A DNA stretch of 64,000 nucleotides, from positions 64,958 through 128,957 of the IMG/VR virus record IMGVR_UViG_3300037882_002341, one strand, 5' to 3'. Positions 58,360 through 64,000 of this stretch are shown piece after piece. Position 1 is the first letter of the stretch, and each line of letters starts with the position of its first letter. Position numbers and translations under genes: made by a program. The stretch comes from a virus (taxonomy: Duplodnaviria; Heunggongvirae; Uroviricota; Caudoviricetes). The notes beneath the pieces were generated by a model, which ran no database searches, was not told where the DNA came from, and saw only the letters and a list, made by a program, of their open reading frames with translations.

Positions 58360-59022
58360 CTAACACTCCTCCTTTTCAAGCGTATATCTAAAGTTATCTC
58401 GAAGTACAGCATTTAACAATTTGATAAGTGGACCATTTGTAATCAAGTGTAAACCAGTTCTCAAATAAAAAGAATTTATATAGATAGCCTGCGGCAAATA
58501 AACAATAAGATAAGATCCCTTGGATCGACCACTTGGTTGTCTCTCTGTAACCATATTTCCAAACGCAGCAGGCCTACTCACGTACTCCCTGCATGACATT
58601 AAATGATTCTTTAACCCAAGCTCCACAGTGCCTATTTCTCCACTACAGAAAGGACACTTAACCTTACCTGCACTCTTCCTTTTCTTGCGCTGGACACTAG
58701 AAGATGTCATCAGTGGTAAGGCCGACTTTGATTCCCTGTATCCCATTACCTTAAGGACACTTAAAAGTTCGTCCAGATCCCTAAAGTATCTAATATTCGT
58801 TCCACATATACCAACTGAACCTATAATAAAAATCTTATTAAAGGGGTGGCTCTCTACTATATCGTCAAGAGAATCACTAGAGAAAGAAAGGAGAAGAAGA
58901 GGCGTATCAGAACGACATACCTCTCCCCTATCCATCTCCGAGAGAGCTATACCAGAATCGCATATAGCTTTTCTATACACACGAGACATCTGCTCGTCAT
59001 CACAGTAGAACTTAAACAACAA
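58360..59022 (-). CDS. Hypothetical protein with CxxC...HxxxC zinc-finger motif
   Basis: VKCPFCSGEIGTVELGLKNHLMSC; start uncertain (TTG 59022). Confidence 0.6.
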   Translation of the reverse strand: MLFKFYCDDEQMSRVYRKAICDSGIALSEMDRGEVCRSDTPLLLLSFSSDSLDDIVESHPFNKIFIIGSVGICGTNIRYFRDLDELLSVLKVMGYRESKSALPLMTSSSVQRKKRKSAGKVKCPFCSGEIGTVELGLKNHLMSCREYVSRPAAFGNMVTERQPSGRSKGSYLIVYLPQAIYINSFYLRTGLHLITNGPLIKLLNAVLRDNFRYTLEKEEC

Positions 59023-59040
59023 ATTTATAGTACCTTAAAT

Positions 59041-59062
59041 CCTCTGCATATTTACGCAGAGG
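59041..59062 (-). other. Hairpin at the end of the HD gene (weak terminator or regulatory site)
   Basis: Minus strand CCTCTGCGT-AAAT-ATGCAGAGG (9 bp including one G-U), followed by ATTTAAGG. Confidence 0.4.
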
Positions 59063-59702
59063 TCACCTCAATATCTCTTTGTAGAGTATGAAATCTATAC
59101 AAGAACTGGACACATGCCGTATCAGGCCCCACAGATACAATGTGTAAGTCATCATACGCTTTTTCTTGCATCTGCCAGACCTTCTTATGCTTAATAAGAT
59201 CTCTTACTTCAGATGACATTACCGCTTTATCTACCTTGTGCATCAAATTACTTATGGACTCGTTATCCCACAAATCGAGGATACCGAATTTAGCCATAAT
59301 AATCCTCTGCACCTTGTCTTCCATCTTCTTATAGTCAGGCAAGTAAGCCTTAACGGGACTGGGCATATCCTTTAGATATGCCTCTGAAGCATCATGAAGA
59401 AGACCCATCAAAGCTATTCTAGAAAGTTCGTATTGACTATACTCTTTTGTGCACCTAGCCAATAACTCCATTCTTTCGCTTACATACACAGAATGCTGAG
59501 CTACAGGATAAAAGTTCCAGCAGTGGCCAGCAAATCTTCCTTCTCGAGAAGTAGCAACAGCAATATCCATTATGTCAATCTCGTCAAGAGATGGATCGAC
59601 AAAGTGGAAATGATGACCAGTAAAGGTCATAATCCATGGGCCTCTGTTATCACCAAGGACCAGGTCCTTGTCACCATTATTCCATTCAGGAGCCGTGCTC
59701 AT
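59052..59702 (-). CDS. HD-domain phosphohydrolase (YfbR/YfdR-like 5'-deoxynucleotidase)
   Basis: IMTFTG, DIAVA...RFAGH...VAQHSV, GLLHDASEAYLKDMPSPVK, VDK; start set at ATG 59702 (GGAG SD). Confidence 0.88.
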   Translation of the reverse strand: MSTAPEWNNGDKDLVLGDNRGPWIMTFTGHHFHFVDPSLDEIDIMDIAVATSREGRFAGHCWNFYPVAQHSVYVSERMELLARCTKEYSQYELSRIALMGLLHDASEAYLKDMPSPVKAYLPDYKKMEDKVQRIIMAKFGILDLWDNESISNLMHKVDKAVMSSEVRDLIKHKKVWQMQEKAYDDLHIVSVGPDTACVQFLYRFHTLQRDIEVTSA

Positions 59703-59703
59703 T

Positions 59704-59874
59704 CTATTCTCCTCTCTCCTCGAAGAGGAGAATCTCAATCTGGCGTATTGCATCATCAAGTATCCCCTCAATCTCCGCGTAGCTTATAGAGGGATTGATG
59801 CAACCAACATTTGCTCTTACTGTTTCCACTATATTAAGTATCTCTTCCAATGATTTAATACTAGAGTCATTCAT
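59704..59874 (-). CDS. Small hypothetical protein
   Basis: 56 aa from ATG 59874 with GAGG SD. Confidence 0.55.
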   Translation of the reverse strand: MNDSSIKSLEEILNIVETVRANVGCINPSISYAEIEGILDDAIRQIEILLFEERGE

Positions 59875-59881
59875 ATAAACC

Positions 59882-60475
59882 TCACTTATCAAACACACCT
59901 TCAAACGGATCATCTAACTTTGGGGGATTGGCAAGCCCTATAATGGTCCTCTGTTTTCTCTCAACAGTGGGCGAAGAAGGATTCTTAGCCTCAGAGTTTC
60001 TGAGCATCAGAATATCACCATACTCTGGGTACTCTTTAACGATAGACCAACCACTCAAAGCTTCCTTACCCTTGTTGCCTTTCTCTTTATGTTTAGCATC
60101 AACAAGAAAATCAGAAGCAACCTGAGCCCCTCCAAGAGAGTGACCCGCACTAGTAATATGGGTCTGCTCTTTAACCTTTGTGGTACCCGCACGTCTAAAT
60201 TCATCTGTCTTAGCGCCTATCCCATCAGTGCCCAAAGATGAAATAAGATCACCCTTTTCATCAGTTGTGCCAAGAAGTCTTGTGTACCAAGCATACCCCT
60301 TACTCTCGCATGTCGTGCAGATATGCCCCAGGGCCTCAATGGTATTAATTTCCTCTCTATTCATAACGGGTTCGAGGTGTCTATTGGGACACCTCTCACC
60401 CTCTTCGACAACAGCACAACGGAATTCCAAATAACGTATGCCATTCACAATACTAAGTCTTCTGGGATCAATCAT
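59882..60475 (-). CDS. Hypothetical protein with N-terminal zinc-ribbon-like motif
   Basis: C-x7-CPNRH...CTTC; TAATG-coupled. Confidence 0.65.
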   Translation of the reverse strand: MIDPRRLSIVNGIRYLEFRCAVVEEGERCPNRHLEPVMNREEINTIEALGHICTTCESKGYAWYTRLLGTTDEKGDLISSLGTDGIGAKTDEFRRAGTTKVKEQTHITSAGHSLGGAQVASDFLVDAKHKEKGNKGKEALSGWSIVKEYPEYGDILMLRNSEAKNPSSPTVERKQRTIIGLANPPKLDDPFEGVFDK

Positions 60476-61614
60476 TATTTCCTCGGTATGACTATGGCTT
60501 CACTTCTAGATAGTTCTGCTACGGGTGCTTTAGTTCTCTTCTGACTATCCCACTCCTCCGCAGTAAGTTCAGGTGTGGAAGGTGTGCCTAAAGAACTCCA
60601 ACACGTCTTCTTAAAGTCACAGTACGTACAGGCAAAAGAACCCTTTTCAACATACGGCTCATGTTGAGCGGGATCTTTATTCTTTGTTTTAGTAAGCTGA
60701 GATCTAAATCTAGTTTGAACAAGCTTAGAATCAGTTGCATTCATATCCACAAACTGGCTACCCTTACCTGTATTTGTAGCCAGAGTTAGCAATTCTTTAT
60801 TAGAGTACTGAATTTCAAAGTCCCTTGGAGGAATGGTCCCTGCCTTAAGATGTTTCTTTAACTCAGTATACCTTTCACGTATCTGTCCCCAGGTAAGCCA
60901 ATCTAAGTCCCAAGTTCTCTCAGAGCTATAGCAGCGTAGATAGGCACTATCCGGTGGTCTACTAGCTCCAACGGGCAAGTTGGCCCACTCAAACATAAAC
61001 ATATTGGTATTCATCTCTCTACTACAATAGAAGAGAGCACCATACTTAACACCAAACTGAAGCCACCACTGCATGTAGGACATTAGCTGGGGTAGATCTT
61101 TAAACCGAGGCTCAAGAAGCTCAAAGCCTCTTTGACCAGACTTGACCCATGGTATATCCGTATAACTACCAACAGACTTAACCTCAACAATGACCTTTTC
61201 TAAACTACCTGGTAGATAGGCCATTAGGTCCAGTCTTCCAGACAACATGTTCTCTGGGTCAAAGAAAGACATCTCTTCCCCTGCCCAAAGACCCGCCTTT
61301 TTTGCAGGCTCATACACGAAGTTCTTAGATATCAGATCCCCTGTCTCACAAATTCTAATAAATCTTGCATCAACATACCCAGGATCAGGTGCTTGTCCCA
61401 TTACCTTATACCAGGATTGCCTTAGGCAACTACCAAGTATAAAGTTATCTCCCGTTACAGGGTCCTTTACAAGGGCACTGGCGCTTGAAGGACTGAGACC
61501 TGCACTTCTCCTACTAGAGACCAGTGCTGGGTCATCTGAGGGCTTCGTAGCCTGTTCTAGGGCCTCGTACAGGGCTAGCTTACCATTTATATCTCTAAGA
61601 CTAATGTCGGCCAT
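60475..61614 (-). CDS. Cas4-like PD-(D/E)xK exonuclease (RecB family, four-Cys Fe-S motif)
   Basis: SCLRQSWY, LSGRLD...VEVKS, QLMSY, CTYCDFKKTC; start set at ATG 61614 (AGGAG SD). Confidence 0.85.
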   Translation of the reverse strand: MADISLRDINGKLALYEALEQATKPSDDPALVSSRRSAGLSPSSASALVKDPVTGDNFILGSCLRQSWYKVMGQAPDPGYVDARFIRICETGDLISKNFVYEPAKKAGLWAGEEMSFFDPENMLSGRLDLMAYLPGSLEKVIVEVKSVGSYTDIPWVKSGQRGFELLEPRFKDLPQLMSYMQWWLQFGVKYGALFYCSREMNTNMFMFEWANLPVGASRPPDSAYLRCYSSERTWDLDWLTWGQIRERYTELKKHLKAGTIPPRDFEIQYSNKELLTLATNTGKGSQFVDMNATDSKLVQTRFRSQLTKTKNKDPAQHEPYVEKGSFACTYCDFKKTCWSSLGTPSTPELTAEEWDSQKRTKAPVAELSRSEAIVIPRK

Positions 61615-61621
61615 TTTACTC

Positions 61622-64000
61622 CTACAGAATGTCAGAGAAATCCATCCCAAAAACACTCTTTGGCAGTTCTCTCTTACCACCTTCTTGTAATACGTTATCC
61701 TTACCATGCTCTCGCCACAAGGCTCTCTGAACATCCATGTACGCTCTAATGTTATCGATCTGTTCAAATGAACCAATATGATCATTGAACTGAAAGATAC
61801 CCTGTTCCTTAAAGTCTGTGATCTTATTCTTATTAAAATCCAACTCTAAAACAGCAGACTTTTTCCAGCCCTTCTCTTCATCTTTTCTAACATGAAAATA
61901 ATTAGCCCTCTCACGTTCTTCATGCAAAGGGTTGTAAACAATGGAACAGACATTGGCATTGTGAGATATCTTCTTGGTATCTGCCATGTCTGTCATCTTT
62001 GGTTTTCTACCTTGTGCAGACTTAACAATTTCCGAAGTACAAATAATAGTCTTACCATCATGCATTAGTTGATGGAGCTCATCTGCATTACGAGAATACT
62101 TTTCATGACCCTCAATACCATCAACACCATGTAGTTTATTAAAGGAGTCAACAACTATTATGCAATGACGCCCACCAAGAGATTCATTTACATCACGTAT
62201 GGCTTTCTTAACCTGTTCTATATTCATGCCAATGTCACCACCAAAGATTCTGATGGTTTCACCAACTCTTTTTCTAAAGAACTCCTGTGTCTCACGATAC
62301 TTAACGGTTAACTCTCTATCGTGATAGATATATTTCTGTGGTCTGGCAACCCACTTAATAGGAAGACCACTATGGATAGCTAGCTGCTTTGCCCAAGCCC
62401 ATTGTGTGGTATCATCAAAAGAGAAGAATAGGATAACCATATCCTTATTCTCCTTATAATGTTTAACCATACCACTCACGACTTGATGCACCCATGCCGA
62501 CTTACCAGCATTGGGACCACCTGCCAGGACCCAAAACATTCCCTTCTGGATACCGCCCATTTCATTATCTAATACAGGAATGCCAGTCCTATAACCAGCA
62601 ATTACACCTCTATCGTTATCAAAGAAATCCATAGCCTCAAAGTAAGTCTTCTCAGCTGCCTTACCTGTGATATTTTGCGCACTACCACCAAAGAGAGGAG
62701 ATAACTTAGACTCTGCTCTTTTAATAATAGTACTTAACTCTTGAGGGGTATTACTTCCTTCTAGCTTTTGTATATCGCGTAGTAAATCTCTTGCAATATT
62801 TCTGGCCTTACCAGAAAGAATCTGATCCACAGATGATCGTATATCTATCTCGGATACATTTGTCTTCTCGGATAGCTCCTTGATCATCCTTCCTCTTAAC
62901 AGAGGATCTGGTTCACCAGCAATATGCGGTATCTGACTCCTTGCTAAATCAACTCCCTGAGTACCCTTGTCTATCTCGAGTTGCAAAGCAACCCTAAAGG
63001 AAGAGAAGACAGGGGTCTCATCATAAGCCTTGAGATCCTTACCGCAATAAAGTCTAAAGAACGTATCGGGATCTCTATCCTTTTCTGCTATGTTGGTATC
63101 TGGCCAGTTAAGAAACTTAAACTTAAGTCTAAATTCTCTCTTGCCACCAAATTCTTTTAGATACCTTTCCATGGCCTTCTGACCCGCAGGATCAGAATCA
63201 AAAACAATACAGATATCCTCGAACCCAAGCTGGACGAGAAGATCCATCTGCTCACTGTTCAAACCATTTGTCCCACAACACGCCACAATGGTCTCATGCC
63301 CAGCCTGCATGCCTGCCAGAGCATCAAAGTATCCTTCCACTATATCCAATTGCCTATAAGACTTCTGCTTGGCAAGATGAAGACCATAGAGGAAAGTCCG
63401 TGGCTCAAAGATATCACTCTTACGAGGTAAGAACCACTTCTTTGGATACTCAGTAGACTTACCAAGCCTACGCATATTGGCTTCATCCTCTTTATTATAA
63501 AGAGCGAAGCGTCTATCAAAACCAACACACACCCCTCTATGATCACGCAGTGTGATAGTAATAAACTCTCTACCAAATGTCATACGGGTAATACCGTGGG
63601 CCTCCATAAACTCAAGATCCCAGCCGCCATACTGGCGCATGGTTTTAACAAACTCATCCCAGTCAACGGTACCCACTCCCATCTTCTTACAGATCTCTTC
63701 CCCTATACCGCGATTCTTTGTGTGCTGAAACCCATTACAGATTTTAGATGTAATGATAAGACCAGTAAGACAGTCCGAGGCATCAGCCAGCATCTCTAAT
63801 ATCCTGGCACGAGCTAGCTCTTCTGTCGAAGGCTCATACTCCTTAAAGTCTAACTCAAAGTCTCGAGCTAAACCATAGACAGTCTCCGTGACCCACTCCT
63901 TACCGGAGTCTGGTAATCCCTCAATCCACGTCGCTGCTCTAAAGATATCTACCTTAGCCTGGCAACTCCAGCACCTAGCTATCTTAAAATCAGTCCTTGG
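61622..64000 (-). CDS. DNA primase-helicase fusion (DnaG-like + DnaB-like; 5' truncated by window)
   Basis: Frame is open to 64000, adding RCWSCQAKVDIF (CHC2 Zn-finger end). TOPRIM VEGYFD and FDSDPAG; Walker A GGPNAGKS; Walker B IIVVDS. Confidence 0.92.
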   Translation of the reverse strand, partial: PRTDFKIARCWSCQAKVDIFRAATWIEGLPDSGKEWVTETVYGLARDFELDFKEYEPSTEELARARILEMLADASDCLTGLIITSKICNGFQHTKNRGIGEEICKKMGVGTVDWDEFVKTMRQYGGWDLEFMEAHGITRMTFGREFITITLRDHRGVCVGFDRRFALYNKEDEANMRRLGKSTEYPKKWFLPRKSDIFEPRTFLYGLHLAKQKSYRQLDIVEGYFDALAGMQAGHETIVACCGTNGLNSEQMDLLVQLGFEDICIVFDSDPAGQKAMERYLKEFGGKREFRLKFKFLNWPDTNIAEKDRDPDTFFRLYCGKDLKAYDETPVFSSFRVALQLEIDKGTQGVDLARSQIPHIAGEPDPLLRGRMIKELSEKTNVSEIDIRSSVDQILSGKARNIARDLLRDIQKLEGSNTPQELSTIIKRAESKLSPLFGGSAQNITGKAAEKTYFEAMDFFDNDRGVIAGYRTGIPVLDNEMGGIQKGMFWVLAGGPNAGKSAWVHQVVSGMVKHYKENKDMVILFFSFDDTTQWAWAKQLAIHSGLPIKWVARPQKYIYHDRELTVKYRETQEFFRKRVGETIRIFGGDIGMNIEQVKKAIRDVNESLGGRHCIIVVDSFNKLHGVDGIEGHEKYSRNADELHQLMHDGKTIICTSEIVKSAQGRKPKMTDMADTKKISHNANVCSIVYNPLHEERERANYFHVRKDEEKGWKKSAVLELDFNKNKITDFKEQGIFQFNDHIGSFEQIDNIRAYMDVQRALWREHGKDNVLQEGGKRELPKSVFGMDFSDIL

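Noticed and set aside
61615-61785. N-terminal extension of the Cas4-like ORF in the track (also 59703-59771, 51722-51742, 26338-26358 and 39152-39166 extensions)
   Set aside because: These overlap upstream genes; downstream ATGs with SD sites or TAATG coupling are better starts.
60475-64000. CRISPR array or cas operon near the Cas4-like gene
   Set aside because: No repeat-spacer pattern is visible, and intergenic gaps are too short.
1-64000. Stop-codon reassignment
   Set aside because: Genes up to 2289 aa are intact in the standard code, and TAA, TAG and TGA all end genes.
51976-64000. Introns or inteins in nrdJ, thyA or the helicase
   Set aside because: Motifs are contiguous, sizes are normal and no intein splice motifs were seen.
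1-64000. tRNA or rRNA genes
   Set aside because: No cloverleaf or T-loop consensus was seen in the few gaps.
1-64000. Apparent abundance of GATC/CTAG palindromes as evidence of DNA modification
   Set aside because: This is only an impression from partial counts; it needs a Markov-model test and is not diagnostic alone.

Overview
This is a 64-kb fragment of a large tailed-phage genome (myovirus-like: gp25-like and baseplate J genes), read in the standard genetic code and almost fully coding. There are two convergent blocks. The + strand block (1-49035) is a tail, baseplate and receptor-binding operon. It holds a truncated tape-measure/ejection-like gene, a 1554-aa protein, a 2289-aa hub fusion, wedge genes, a family of paralogous structural proteins and many Ig, CBM and beta-helix proteins. 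The - strand block (49039-64000) encodes replication and nucleotide metabolism: ATP-dependent ligase, GroES, class II RNR, ThyA, peptide deformylase, NUDIX, HD hydrolase, Cas4-like nuclease and a primase-helicase. The main finding is that the 1554-aa protein at the tape-measure/hub position carries motifs of both barrels of a two-barrel RNA polymerase (R-D-P...ADFDSD; FGDSG; R-x7-R). It is a candidate single-subunit, virion-packaged RNA polymerase with a non-canonical active-site signature. All protein assignments come from motif recognition by eye; no database searches were run.
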